Below are positions 22,383 to 33,230 of a DNA stretch of 63,306 nt, one piece after another; within the stretch, counting starts at the first letter, position 1, and every line of letters begins with the position of its first letter. Both the position numbers and the translations under genes were made by a program. The notes under the pieces are model-generated. The model made no database searches, was not told where the DNA came from, and saw only the letters and a list, made by a program, of their open reading frames with translations. The DNA is taken from NCBI GenBank assembly GCA_964434915.1, contig CAYSWW010000001.1, positions 1-63,306 on the forward strand, given 5' to 3'. Source of the stretch: an uncultured Coprobacillus sp. (lineage in GTDB: Bacteria > Bacillota_I > Bacilli_A > Erysipelotrichales > Coprobacillaceae).

Positions 22383-23374
22383 TGAAAGCTATTTTAATAC
22401 CGGGTGATGGAATTGGACCAGAAATTGCAGAAAGTGTAAAAAATATTTCCGAGGCAATGAAATTAGATATTGAATGGGTTGAATATAGGGCAGGAGCCGA
22501 ATATGCAGCTAAAACAAAAGAAGTTTTTGAACCAGGTCTCGTCGATGCTATTTACCAATATAAATGGGCTTTAAAAGGGCCTACAGCTACGCCTATTGGT
22601 ACAGGATTTAGAAGTGTCAATGTCGCATTAAGACAGCAATTTGCCACTTATGCTAATGTCAGACCAATACGTTCTTTTAAAGGTATTGACACCAAATATA
22701 ATCAGATTGATTTGGTTATTATTCGTGAAAATACGGAGGATTTGTATAAAGGAATCGAATATAAAGTTAATGATAATATGGCACAGGGTATTAAACTCAT
22801 TACTAGAGAAGCAAGTGAAAAAATATGTCATTATGCATTTGAATATGCTAAGGCAAACCAAAGACATAAAGTGACTGCTATCCATAAAGCCAATATTATG
22901 AAATTGACGGATGGTTTATTTTTGGAAGCATTTAGAAAAGTTGCAAGTGATTATCCTGAAATTGAAGCACAGGAAATGATTGTGGATAATATGTGTATGC
23001 AATTGGTGTTAAGGCCAAAAGAGTTTGATGTTTTGGTCGCACCTAATTTATATGGTGATATTATTTCTGATTTATGTGCTGGTTTAATTGGGGGATTAGG
23101 ATTTGCTCCAAGTGGAAATATTGGAGACGATTATCGTATTTATGAAGCTGTTCATGGCAGTGCACCGGATATTGTAGGAAAAAATATTGCTAATCCAAGT
23201 GCGTTATTATTGGCTTTTGCTTTGATGTTGGAAGATTTAGGACAACTCAATGAAGCGAATCATTTGAGAGATGCTTTAGCATCTGTTGTTGAGGAAGGGA
23301 AATGTGTTACGCCGGATATTGGTGGTACAGCTTCAACAACTGCTTTTACCCAAGCGATTATAGAAAGGTTATAG
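22382..23374 (+). CDS. icd: Isocitrate dehydrogenase (isocitrate/isopropylmalate dehydrogenase family, 330 aa)
   Basis: Start overlaps the aconitase stop. [24 protein letters not shown] motifs. Confidence 0.8.
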   Translation: MKAILIPGDGIGPEIAESVKNISEAMKLDIEWVEYRAGAEYAAKTKEVFEPGLVDAIYQYKWALKGPTATPIGTGFRSVNVALRQQFATYANVRPIRSFKGIDTKYNQIDLVIIRENTEDLYKGIEYKVNDNMAQGIKLITREASEKICHYAFEYAKANQRHKVTAIHKANIMKLTDGLFLEAFRKVASDYPEIEAQEMIVDNMCMQLVLRPKEFDVLVAPNLYGDIISDLCAGLIGGLGFAPSGNIGDDYRIYEAVHGSAPDIVGKNIANPSALLLAFALMLEDLGQLNEANHLRDALASVVEEGKCVTPDIGGTASTTAFTQAIIERL

Positions 23375-23387
23375 GAGGGAGAGAGTC

Positions 23388-24077
23388 ATGCCGTCTCATA
23401 GTTTATTTGAACAAGTTTCACATGGGTCCTTAGGAAATAAAATTTTTGATATTCTAAGAGATCGTATTTTAAATGATGAATATGAGCATGGCCAAAAGCT
23501 TAATGAATTGGCTTTGGCTAAAGAATTAAAGATAAGTAGAACACCTATACGTGAAGCTTTAAAACAATTAGAATTAGAGGGATTAGTTGAAAGTATTCCT
23601 AATAAGGGAGTTTATGTTAAGGGATTTTCTCCCCAAGACATTGATGATATGTTTGAGATACGTTTGGCCCTAGAAGGTTTAGCAATTCAATTAGCGATTG
23701 ATCGTATGGATGAAGTTCATTTAGCAAAAATTAAAGATGTTTTTGAACTGATGGAATTTTATACTTCAAAGAAAGACCAAGAAAAAATTAATGATTTGAA
23801 TATTTTATATCATGAAACAATTTATCAAGCTACACAATCCCAATATTTTGAACAATTATTAAAAGATGTTCATTATTATGTTTCTGTAACAAGTCGACAT
23901 TCGATTAAGCAACCAGAAAGATTAGAAACAGCAATTGTAGAACATCGTGCTATTTTAGATGCGATTATCGCTGGTGATAAAGAACTTGCGAAAAAGACAA
24001 TTCAAAAACATATACGTAAAACACAAATGTTAGTACGTAATTATTATGCTAATAAAAATCAGAAGAAGAATAAATAA
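23388..24077 (+). CDS. GntR family (FadR/FCD subfamily) transcriptional regulator
   Basis: N-terminal wHTH (LAKELKISRTPIREALKQLELEGLV) plus a helical FCD-like C-domain. Confidence 0.85.
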   Translation: MPSHSLFEQVSHGSLGNKIFDILRDRILNDEYEHGQKLNELALAKELKISRTPIREALKQLELEGLVESIPNKGVYVKGFSPQDIDDMFEIRLALEGLAIQLAIDRMDEVHLAKIKDVFELMEFYTSKKDQEKINDLNILYHETIYQATQSQYFEQLLKDVHYYVSVTSRHSIKQPERLETAIVEHRAILDAIIAGDKELAKKTIQKHIRKTQMLVRNYYANKNQKKNK

Positions 24078-24429
24078 CGCTCTTTTTTCATTTATAAAGA
24101 ATTTGAATTCGTCAGAAGTTAAAAAGAAATAGATAGCTATTAAGCATTTTTATTGCTGTTGGCTATCTTTTTCTGTCATTAAAAAAGGACAATATTCTAT
24201 TTCTCTTTGAACATTCAACAGTTACCTCTTTTTTACCATTTCCTGTCGCTATATCTTCTTCCCTAAATTCTCCATATAACCAGTCTGGTAACAGAGAATA
24301 TCTATGTGCAAAATAAACAAAGCGGAATCGAAACTAAAAACATTGATAAATAATCTAAAGTCAAAAAAACAAAAAGAAACAAAAGATAGATTCTTCAAAA
24401 TGGCATATGCTAAATAGCTAAAAAATCAT

Positions 24430-24960
24430 TCAAATAACAACACACTGTCAAAGTATGAGACATATCGTTGAGACTTTGGTTGATGTTTCTCATGGTGACA
24501 CGATTAACTATTATCTTGAAAGAGTCAGTATTGAGGAACTAAGCAGTAGATATGATGTGGACTTGTTCATGGACTTATGATACGATTTACTCACATCAAA
24601 AAAGCGATAGGTGCATTATTTGAAACATAACGTAAAATTTCCTCGAATTATCTGCAAGCTTTCTTGTTTTCAGCGGATGTTAAATATTTTTTGCGTTGTT
24701 TTCCAGTCCTTTTCTCGTGAATATCATCTTCTGCTTGATGACTCCAAATGCTTATTCAACCTGTATGCTTCTCTACTTCTTTAAATTTCTTTTAAATTCC
24801 GCTGATAGATTTTTATCTACAACTGCATACAATTCATCCAACATAGTTTGTTAGGACTTTCTGATGGTTACAGCATTCATCCATGAATGAACATCTTTTA
24901 CAGCTCTCTTTACTTGTCATCTTGTTTGAGAATTGTTTCGTTTTTATTAATATGTTAAAC
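24430..24960 (-). mobile_element. IS1182-family transposase remnant, C-terminal portion, degraded
   Basis: The minus strand from about 24930 reads MTSKESCKRCSFMDECCNHQK..., then broken frames resembling the IS1182 C-terminus. No intact ORF. Confidence 0.45.
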
Positions 24961-25074
24961 CTATAACATTACGAACGAAAGAGGATTGATTAATGAAAAA
25001 AGTTTATGAATCATTCATTTTAGTTGTGAAAAAAGTTTGAGTATGAGATACTTTAATAAAATGGAGGACATGTT

Positions 25075-27381
25075 ATGATTAAGTATATTAGAAAAAGAGA
25101 TGGTCGAATGGATGCTTTTGATGTCAATAAAATTGCTGGTGCAGTATATAAGGCATTTCAAGCAACAGAAGCGAAATACGATTTAGATAAAGCGATTGAG
25201 GTTGCCAAAGAAGTTGAAAACAAATTAGAATCTCGACATACTGAATTGCCAACTGTTGAATTGGTTCAAGATACTGTTGAGGAAACCTTAATTGAAAAGG
25301 GGTATGTACGAATTGCTAAGGCATATATTTTATATCGTGCTGAAAGAACGCGTTCACGTGATCGTAAGTCGCGCTTAATGAAGACTTTAGAGGAGATTAC
25401 TTTTCAGGATGCGAAGGATAGTGATTTGAAAAGGGAAAATGCGAATGTCAATGCTGATGCACCAATGGGAACAATGTTAAAATATGGAGCTGAAGCCGCG
25501 AAACAGTTTAATGAAATGTTTGTTTTGAATCCTTTGCATAGTGTCGCACATAAAAGTGGGGATATTCATATTCATGATATGGACTTTTTAACGTTGACAA
25601 CCACTTGTACACAAATAGATATTATCAAACTATTTAAAGATGGTTTTTCAACGGGTCATGGTGTTTTAAGAGAACCGAATAGTATTACCACTTATTCTGC
25701 TTTAACTTGTATTGCGATTCAGTCAAATCAAAATGATCAGCATGGGGGACAGGCTATTGTTAATTTTGATTACGGAATGGCTGATGGTGTCCGTAAATCA
25801 TATAAAAAGACTTATTTTAAAAACTTAAAAAAAGCTTTATTATTGTTGACTGATTTAGATGCGTTAAAGATTGTTCAAAAGGTTCTACTTTTTAATAAAC
25901 AACCTACATTAGAAGACCAAGGTTATCTTTTATTGGAAAAAGAACTTTTGTTGCAATCTGGGCTAGATGAAAAAACAATCAGTAAAATACAGGATTTTGT
26001 AGTTGAACAAACTTATGAAGAAGTTAATCAAGAGACATATCAAGCGATGGAATCACTTATTCATAATTTGAATACAATGAATTCTAGAGCTGGAGCACAA
26101 GTTCCATTTAGTTCTCTTAATTATGGAATGGATACTTCTCCAGAAGGAAGAATGGTTATGAAAAATGTTTTATTAGCGACAGAAGCTGGTTTGGGGAAAG
26201 GGGAGACACCTATTTTTCCAATTCAGATATTTAGAGTTAAAGATGGAATCAATTATTATCCTGAAGATCCGAATTATGATTTGTTTAAATTGGCTTGTCG
26301 TGTTTCTGCGAAACGTTTATTTCCGAATTTTTCTTTCATTGATTCACCATTTAATCTACAGTATTATAATGGTAAACCAGAAACTGAAATTGCATATATG
26401 GGATGCCGTACAAGAGTCATTGGGAATGTGTATGACCCTCATAAAGAAATCTCACCAGGAAGAGGAAATTTAAGTTTTACATCAATCAATTTACCAAGAT
26501 TGGCAATTAAATCAAAGGGAGATATTGATGAATTTTTTGATAAATTAGATCAAATGATTGATTTATGTATTGATCAATTATTAGAACGTTTTGAAATTCA
26601 ATGTAAACGACGTGTTATGAATTATCCATTTCTAATGGGACAAGGTGTTTGGATTGATTCTGAGAAGTTAAAGCCTACTGATGAAGTCAGAGAAGTATTG
26701 AAACATGGTACATTAACAGTTGGTTTTATCGGCTTAGCTGAAACGTTAAAAGCTTTGATTGGTTATCATCATGGTGAAAGTGAAAAAGCACAAGTTCTTG
26801 GCTTACAAATTGTTGCTCATATGCGTAAACGTATAGATGAGGCTTCACAAAAATATCAATTGAATTTTTCTTTGATTGCTACACCAGCCGAAGGACTTTC
26901 AGGACGTTTTGTCAAACTTGATCGTGAGCTTTATGGGAAACTAGAAGGAATTACAGATCGAGATTATTATACTAATAGTTTTCATGTTCCAGTTTATCAT
27001 CCTATAAGTGCTTATGAGAAAATCAAGATAGAAGGGCCTTATCATGCTCTTACAAATGGCGGTCATATTAGTTATGTTGAGATGGATGGTGATCCAACTA
27101 AGAACTTGCCTGCTTTTGAAAAGATTGTTCGTGCTATGCATGATGCTCAAATGGGATATGGTGCTATCAATCATCCTGTAGATCGTGATCCGGTTTGCGG
27201 TTATAATGGTATCATTAATGACGTATGTCCGAAATGTGGTCGTCGCGAGGAAGAACATGTTGGCTTTGAAAGGATTCGTCGTATAACTGGATATTTAGTA
27301 GGGACACTTGATCGTTTCAATGATGGCAAAAAAGCTGAAGAAGCTGATCGTGTGAAACATGGGTTAGATGATGTTGATTAG
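25075..27381 (+). CDS. nrdD: Anaerobic ribonucleoside-triphosphate reductase
   Basis: N-terminal ATP-cone, C-terminal CPKCG Zn ribbon and glycyl-radical motif RIRRITGYL. Confidence 0.95.
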   Translation: MIKYIRKRDGRMDAFDVNKIAGAVYKAFQATEAKYDLDKAIEVAKEVENKLESRHTELPTVELVQDTVEETLIEKGYVRIAKAYILYRAERTRSRDRKSRLMKTLEEITFQDAKDSDLKRENANVNADAPMGTMLKYGAEAAKQFNEMFVLNPLHSVAHKSGDIHIHDMDFLTLTTTCTQIDIIKLFKDGFSTGHGVLREPNSITTYSALTCIAIQSNQNDQHGGQAIVNFDYGMADGVRKSYKKTYFKNLKKALLLLTDLDALKIVQKVLLFNKQPTLEDQGYLLLEKELLLQSGLDEKTISKIQDFVVEQTYEEVNQETYQAMESLIHNLNTMNSRAGAQVPFSSLNYGMDTSPEGRMVMKNVLLATEAGLGKGETPIFPIQIFRVKDGINYYPEDPNYDLFKLACRVSAKRLFPNFSFIDSPFNLQYYNGKPETEIAYMGCRTRVIGNVYDPHKEISPGRGNLSFTSINLPRLAIKSKGDIDEFFDKLDQMIDLCIDQLLERFEIQCKRRVMNYPFLMGQGVWIDSEKLKPTDEVREVLKHGTLTVGFIGLAETLKALIGYHHGESEKAQVLGLQIVAHMRKRIDEASQKYQLNFSLIATPAEGLSGRFVKLDRELYGKLEGITDRDYYTNSFHVPVYHPISAYEKIKIEGPYHALTNGGHISYVEMDGDPTKNLPAFEKIVRAMHDAQMGYGAINHPVDRDPVCGYNGIINDVCPKCGRREEEHVGFERIRRITGYLVGTLDRFNDGKKAEEADRVKHGLDDVD

Positions 27382-27886
27382 ACTTTATGGTGTTGTTAAT
27401 GATTCAATAGTAGATGGACCAGGATTAAGGTATGCTATTTTTGCTCAAGGTTGTCCTCATCGTTGTGAAGGATGTCACAATCCACAAAGTCATGATATGA
27501 ATGGGGGATATGAAGTTGATACTTCTGTGTTGTTGGCAGAAATTGATCAAAATCCACTTTTAGATGGTGTAACCTTTACCGGAGGAGAGCCGTTTATGCA
27601 ACCTGAGCCTTTTATTGAATTGGCACGTGAAGTGAAGAAAAGAAAATTGCATTTGATGGTTTATAGTGGTTATACGTTTGAAGAAATTTTATCTTTAGGA
27701 CAAAAGCATAGAGAATTGTTATCTTATTGTGATACTATGGTAGATGGACGTTTTGTTTTGGCTTTACGAAGTTTAGATTTATTGTATAAAGGATCTTCTA
27801 ATCAAAGAATTATTCAGGTACAAGAATCTCTTCAACAAAATAGCATTGTTTTACAACAAGTGAATGAATATGGAGAATTGATCTAA
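27368..27886 (+). CDS. nrdG: Anaerobic ribonucleotide reductase activating protein (radical SAM)
   Basis: Overlaps the nrdD end. CPHRCEGCHN cluster motif, GVTFTGGEP. Confidence 0.9.
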   Translation: MMLIRLYGVVNDSIVDGPGLRYAIFAQGCPHRCEGCHNPQSHDMNGGYEVDTSVLLAEIDQNPLLDGVTFTGGEPFMQPEPFIELAREVKKRKLHLMVYSGYTFEEILSLGQKHRELLSYCDTMVDGRFVLALRSLDLLYKGSSNQRIIQVQESLQQNSIVLQQVNEYGELI

Positions 27887-27909
27887 ACATTAATTCTCCA
27901 TATTTTGTT
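27871..27909 (+). terminator. Rho-independent terminator
   Basis: TGGAGAATT / AATTCTCCA stem overlapping the nrdG stop, followed by TATTTTGTT. Confidence 0.65.
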
Positions 27910-27965
27910 AACATAAAAGACATACTTGCTTTATAGAATAAAATATGTGAAGGGAAAGATGCATA

Positions 27966-28607
27966 ATGAAGAAGTTTGTAGATAAATACAATATTTATAA
28001 TTTAATTTGGATTTTTATTATTTGTTCATTTGTGGGGAGCATTATAGAAATCATCTGGTGTTATTTCACGATGGGTAAATTAATGAGTCGAAGTAGCTTG
28101 CTATATGGACAATTTTCTGTTGTATGGGGTTTTGGAGGCTTATTGTTAACATTGCTTTTACAAAATAAAAAAGAAAAGAAAGTCAGTTGGATTTTTGTTA
28201 TAGGGAGTCTTGTTGGGGGAATATATGAATATTTATGTAGTTTTTTAACTGAAAAAGTATTTGGGGTGAGATTTTGGGATTACAGTCATTTACCATTTCA
28301 AATTAATGGGCGTATTAATTTGTTATTTTGCTGTTTTTGGGGGATTGCTGCAGTAATTTGGATCAAAATAATATATCCATTTTTATTGGAATTTATTGAC
28401 AATATACCGATGCATTTTGGAAAATCTCTTACCTGGTTAATGAGCGTTTTTTTAGTCTTTGATATGGTATTGTCAGCGATGGCGTTAATTCGTTCTTATG
28501 AACGTTCTCAAAATATTCCACCAAATTCAATCATTGAACAATTTCTGGATAAACATTATTCTGATGATTATTTACAAATGCGTTATCAAAATATGATAAG
28601 GAAATAA
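27966..28607 (+). CDS. Polytopic membrane protein (resembles the 'putative ABC-transporter type IV' family)
   Basis: 213 aa, 5-6 hydrophobic segments, RFWDYS motif. Confidence 0.6.
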   Translation: MKKFVDKYNIYNLIWIFIICSFVGSIIEIIWCYFTMGKLMSRSSLLYGQFSVVWGFGGLLLTLLLQNKKEKKVSWIFVIGSLVGGIYEYLCSFLTEKVFGVRFWDYSHLPFQINGRINLLFCCFWGIAAVIWIKIIYPFLLEFIDNIPMHFGKSLTWLMSVFLVFDMVLSAMALIRSYERSQNIPPNSIIEQFLDKHYSDDYLQMRYQNMIRK

Positions 28608-28640
28608 AATCTTGGTATAACTGCCAAGATTTTATTTGTT
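28606..28640. terminator. Bidirectional hairpin terminator
   Basis: AAAATCTTGG / CCAAGATTTT stem flanked by A-rich and T-rich runs. Confidence 0.7.
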
Positions 28641-28649
28641 GCAAGAGAT

Positions 28650-29440
28650 AGCTGTAAACGATTTGATGATTGGTTTCATTGAGGATTTCATGATGCGTAT
28701 GATCAATGAATCCCTTTTTCCCATAAAAGAAATTGATTCCTGCCTTTTCGTTGATAATATTAAGATCATCCTATCTCGCTATAAATAAGATAGGAAGTTG
28801 ATGATGAAGTAGCTACTAATTAGCACTGTACAGTTCCATCATCAGTTGAAATAAACATTCAAATCTATTAGTGGTAAAAGTAAAATGATAAATGACAATC
28901 TGTTGGTCGTTACAAATTGGCTATTCATGAGTTTCTGATCAAAATTTTTATTGAATGCATCAAAACCAATTTTCTGAATGAATTGAGGACGATGATGACT
29001 CCCGAAAAGTTGGGATAATATTTTGGTTAAAGCAAGAACAATAGGAATGAGAGGATTATAGGTGGAATTGTTATGAACAATCAATCCATCAATTAACATA
29101 GTAGCACACATCAAAAACCTCATACTATGCCCAAAAAGATGGAAGTTCATGATAGCGTTTTTGATAAGTTGTGTGAGTTGGTTGACATCTTCTACGATAC
29201 CAATCTCGTCATGAGAATAGAAATATTCAAGGTCTTCATTTTTTCGAATCCTTTTCCATGACCTCGATGATCATGAATAATACGACATAACCTTGTTTAC
29301 TGAGATAATCTATGAAATCCAAATACCTTTCTTATGCCCTGAGCAATTTGAATAATCCCTCTCGGATGAGAAAGACTCATAATAATGACATCTAATGGCA
29401 GATAATCAAAGTTAGGTTTTATTGTAAAATGTTCTTTCAT
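28650..29440 (-). pseudogene. Alpha/beta hydrolase (lysophospholipase/monoglyceride lipase-like), frameshifted
   Basis: The minus strand from ATG 29440 reads MKEHFTIKPNFDY...GIIQIAQG...DHRGHGKG. ORF 28842..29150 holds a degenerate nucleophile elbow, FGHSMRF. Several frame breaks. Confidence 0.6.
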
Positions 29441-29489
29441 GTATGTTCACTTCTTTCTTATATACATGAAAATGATAGGAAAATCATGT

Positions 29490-29505
29490 TTTTTCTTGTA
29501 TAATA
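29490..29505 (+). promoter_or_regulatory. Probable -10 region (TGTATAAT) for the HAD gene
   Basis: TTTTTCTTGTATAATA lies about 20 nt upstream of the RBS. Confidence 0.4.
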
Positions 29506-29524
29506 ATGTCTAGAGGTGAAAATA

Positions 29525-30295
29525 ATGGAAAAACCAATGCTATGTTTTGATGTTGATGGGACATTAAGGGACAATGTGAATCATCAAGTGAGTATTTCAA
29601 CCCAAAAAGCTTTGCATTTGTTGAAGAATGCTAGATATAAAATGGTTATTTCTTCGGGAAGAGGGATTGACTCTTTAAAAGCAACCGGACTTATGGAAAT
29701 GTTTGAATGGGATGGCTTTGTTTGTAATAATGGACAGGTTGTTTTAGATCGAGAGGCTCATGAAATTTTTCACGCCGCTCTTTTACCTTCGGCAATTAAA
29801 CAGACTCTGACTATTGCGAAAGAACTTCAATATGCTGTTGTTTTAAAATCTCAGCCGCGAGTGATTTCTAAGGAACCTGATGAATATGTATTAGAGTCAC
29901 AAAGATTTTTTAATAATGTTATTCCTGAAGTTGGTGATTATCATGGTCAAGAAGTAAGTGCAATGATTGTCTATGGACCAAAAGGTTATGATTATGCACC
30001 TTTTTTTCAGATTGAGGGGATTACTGTTTTGCCAGGAGAATCAACTTATGCTGATTTAACGATTGCAGGAGTAACGAAGGCAACTGGTATTCAACAATTG
30101 ATGGATTTATATGGTATTGAAAAATACATTGCTTTTGGCGATTCATTAAATGATATGGATATGTTTAAAGCAGCAGATTTTTCAGTTGCTATGGGACAAG
30201 GGAATGAGAAGCTTAAAGCGATAGCTTCTTATGTCACAACGTCTATTGATGATGATGGGATTTATAATGCTTGTAGGCATTTAGGATTGATTTAA
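29525..30295 (+). CDS. Cof-type HAD-IIB family phosphatase
   Basis: ORF 29516..30295; ATG 29525 follows AGAGGTG. CFDVDGTL, SGR, GDSLNDMDMF, GQGN motifs. Confidence 0.85.
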   Translation: MEKPMLCFDVDGTLRDNVNHQVSISTQKALHLLKNARYKMVISSGRGIDSLKATGLMEMFEWDGFVCNNGQVVLDREAHEIFHAALLPSAIKQTLTIAKELQYAVVLKSQPRVISKEPDEYVLESQRFFNNVIPEVGDYHGQEVSAMIVYGPKGYDYAPFFQIEGITVLPGESTYADLTIAGVTKATGIQQLMDLYGIEKYIAFGDSLNDMDMFKAADFSVAMGQGNEKLKAIASYVTTSIDDDGIYNACRHLGLI

Positions 30296-30467
30296 GAGTA
30301 AAGACAAACGCAAAGATGAGTGAGAATATACTGTTGCAACAAACTTATTTGGGTATAAAACACGCCTTGAATAGAGGATCAAGTCTTTTAGAAGCGGAAC
30401 ATAACGAAGGATAAAAGATAAAACCTTAATTTAAACTTCTATACAGATTATACGAGGAGAAAGTGAA

Positions 30468-30707
30468 ATGACAATAAAAGAAGCTATGAAACAAGCACAT
30501 GAGATGTATGCTTATGAAGTAAGTGAACAAGCTGATCGTGATAATCAGAATTTTGATGCTTTATGGCAAAGCATTTATGATGTTTGCCAACTGGCGACAT
30601 ATGGTATTTTAGATTTGGAGGAAGAAGAAATTAATGAAGCTTTGCAATGGCTTAAAGAAACCCAATCAATGACAAAAGATTATCAATCGACAGAAATCTA
30701 TTTTTAG
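30468..30707 (+). CDS. Hypothetical small acidic protein
   Basis: 79-aa ORF with GAGGAG RBS, immediately upstream of the dipeptidase gene. Confidence 0.5.
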   Translation: MTIKEAMKQAHEMYAYEVSEQADRDNQNFDALWQSIYDVCQLATYGILDLEEEEINEALQWLKETQSMTKDYQSTEIYF

Positions 30708-30719
30708 GAGGAACGGAAA

Positions 30720-31709
30720 ATGAAAGTTGTTGATATGCATTGTGATACTATTTTTGAGGTTGATCGTTTACAAAGAGAGGGGCAAGATATTGGCATAAGA
30801 TCAAATCATCTTAATATCAGTTTAGAAAAGATGAAAAAGGGAGATTATCTATTGCAGAATTTTGCGGTGTTTACACCACTGAAAGAAGTTGATGATCCAA
30901 TTTGTCATGTTCAGCATTTGATTGATACGCTATATAATGAAATAGAGAAAAATCAAGATATGATATCATTGGTTTATCGTTATCATAATATTTGTCAAAA
31001 TATTGATAATCATCGAATGAGCGCTCTTTTGACATTGGAAGAAGGGGACGTTGTGAATAATGATTTAGCTTATTTAAGAAATTATTATCGTTTAGGGGTT
31101 CGTATGATAACATTGAATTGGAATTATGAAAATGGCATTGGATTTCCTAATTTTTCTAAGGATGATCCACATCATGGTTATCATACTTGTGATGAGATTC
31201 ATGGTTTGACAGATTTTGGTAAAGCATATGTTCAAGAATGTGAACGTTTAGGAATCATTATTGATGTTTCACATTTATCAGATGCTGGTTTCTATGACGT
31301 GTTGTCTTTGACGACAAAGCCTTTTGTAGCCTCTCATTCTAATGCTCGTGCAATGTGTCCACATGCTCGTAATATGAGTGATGATATGATAAAAAAATTA
31401 GCTCAGCGTGGTGGTGTAATGGGAATTAATTTTGCTGCTGGATTTTTAGATGAAAGTAAAGAGTCTAATCCATTATCTAAAGTTTCTTCAATGGTTAGAC
31501 ATATTATGTATATTAAAAAGATTGCTGGTATTGATTGTATTGGACTAGGCAGTGATTTTGATGGGATTGCACAAAATCTGGAATTGAAAGATGCTTCGTA
31601 TATGCCGAAGCTTTATCACGCTTTGGTTGAGGCTGGGTTGAGTGAAGAAGAAATTGAAAAGATTTTCTATAAAAACGTGTTAAGAGTATATCGTGAAGTT
31701 TTGCAATAG
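30720..31709 (+). CDS. M19 family (renal-type) dipeptidase
   Basis: VVDMHCDT, DVSHLSD, SHSNARA, GSDFDG motifs. Confidence 0.85.
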   Translation: MKVVDMHCDTIFEVDRLQREGQDIGIRSNHLNISLEKMKKGDYLLQNFAVFTPLKEVDDPICHVQHLIDTLYNEIEKNQDMISLVYRYHNICQNIDNHRMSALLTLEEGDVVNNDLAYLRNYYRLGVRMITLNWNYENGIGFPNFSKDDPHHGYHTCDEIHGLTDFGKAYVQECERLGIIIDVSHLSDAGFYDVLSLTTKPFVASHSNARAMCPHARNMSDDMIKKLAQRGGVMGINFAAGFLDESKESNPLSKVSSMVRHIMYIKKIAGIDCIGLGSDFDGIAQNLELKDASYMPKLYHALVEAGLSEEEIEKIFYKNVLRVYREVLQ

Positions 31710-31723
31710 AAACAAAAAAAAAC

Positions 31724-31752
31724 AGACCAGATGGGAAATCTGGTCTATTCTT
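31724..31752 (+). terminator. Rho-independent terminator
   Basis: AGACCAG / CTGGTCT stem followed by ATTCTT. Confidence 0.55.
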
Positions 31753-31974
31753 GATATCAGTTTGGGAAAGGATATCATGAAGTAGTCATATTTGAAGGGA
31801 AAACAAATATTTTTGACTACAATATTTAGTATAGTATAATTCTATGGGTAAATTATATCAAAAATAACGGAAAATATGTGATTTTAGTTTTAGGTTCTAT
31901 AAAAAATGATTTTTTGGATAAAAAAGATGTGCTTTTATGTCAGATATAGGTTATAGTATTGTTAGGTGATGTCA

Positions 31975-32300
31975 TTTTGAAAAAACTATATTTTGGGTAT
32001 GTTTGTTGTTAATAGGATGTCAAGCGACACCTTTAGATACGGTGGCTGATGAGAGGCAATGAGAAGGGACAATATCATTGTGGTCATGTAACTTTATCAA
32101 TTGAGAAAGAATATGACTATGATGGCCTTGTTTTTAATATCGAGTATAATCTTGAAGGATATCAGGATTATACCTACTTTTAAAATGATCAACATCATTT
32201 AGAGGCAATCAGTCATTTGACAGAAGATGGTCATACACTAGAGTTCACTTTACAGGAGAATAAAGTGATTGTCGAAGAATCAGGAAATCAAAGTTAATTA
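31975..32300 (+). pseudogene. Small lipoprotein-like gene, degraded
   Basis: KKLYFGYVCC...GCQAT lipobox-like start, then coding-like text broken by stops and frame changes. Confidence 0.3.
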
Positions 32301-32346
32301 GGTATTGAACTTTCAGGTGAATATATCAAAGAATAGGAGAGTTGGC

Positions 32347-33171
32347 ATGAAAAATTTGTTTTATCGGTTAATTATTTTTTTGGATACAGCTCCAGAAAAT
32401 GATACAAATTATAATATTGCTTTATTTATGGCAAATAATTTTTATCGTATCGCAAATATGCGTATTAGTGAACTGGCAAGTGAATGCTTTGTTTCGCCGG
32501 CGACGATTTCTCGTTTTTGTCGGACATTAGGGTATGAAAATTATGCTCATTTAAAACAAGAATGCTATACTTTCCATTCTCATAATAAAAAGTTTAATAA
32601 CTTAATTAGTATTCCTTTAGAAACGATGCGTTATCATCCTCAAGAAGCAACTCAACAATATATATGCCAAGTTACTGAATATATAGCTGATCTTCCTCAG
32701 ATATTAGATTGGCATGTGATTGATCAAGTTTTACAATTGATTCATGACAGCCATTCTGTTGCTTTCTTTGGTATGCAGTTTTCTCAAAGTGCTGCTTTAC
32801 ATTTTCAAACGGATTTATTGATGTTAGAAAAATTTACAATGGCTTATATGGATTCAGCAAGACAATTGGAATGCGCCAAATCTTTAACTAAAGAAAGTGT
32901 TGCAATAATTATAACAGTTAATGGTTATTTTTCTAATAGTGGCCATAAAATTTTACAGTATATAAAAAAATCAGGTTGTCATGTTGTGTTAATGACTTGT
33001 CATCCGGAACTAGATTTAAAGATACCAGTTGGACATCGAATTTTAATGGGGAATAAAAAGAATCGTAAGACTGGTAAACATAGTCTATTGACAACAGTAG
33101 AATTAATGTCTTTAAGATATTATTCACTTTATTACCCTTCATTACAAGAATTAAAAGGTCATATCCTTTAA
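32347..33171 (+). CDS. MurR/RpiR family transcriptional regulator (HTH_6 + SIS)
   Basis: ORF 32305..33171; ATG 32347 follows AGGAGAG. SPATISRFCRTLGYENY HTH. Confidence 0.8.
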   Translation: MKNLFYRLIIFLDTAPENDTNYNIALFMANNFYRIANMRISELASECFVSPATISRFCRTLGYENYAHLKQECYTFHSHNKKFNNLISIPLETMRYHPQEATQQYICQVTEYIADLPQILDWHVIDQVLQLIHDSHSVAFFGMQFSQSAALHFQTDLLMLEKFTMAYMDSARQLECAKSLTKESVAIIITVNGYFSNSGHKILQYIKKSGCHVVLMTCHPELDLKIPVGHRILMGNKKNRKTGKHSLLTTVELMSLRYYSLYYPSLQELKGHIL

Positions 33172-33230
33172 TTCTTTTCTTGTTCTCTGATATAAAATTA
33201 TATATAATGATAAAAAAAGAAGGGATGAAT

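Noticed and set aside
24960-25074. An NrdR box or B12 riboswitch upstream of nrdD.
   Set aside because: I could find no ACACWATATWTWGTGT-like palindrome and no long structured leader. The region is short and abuts an IS remnant.
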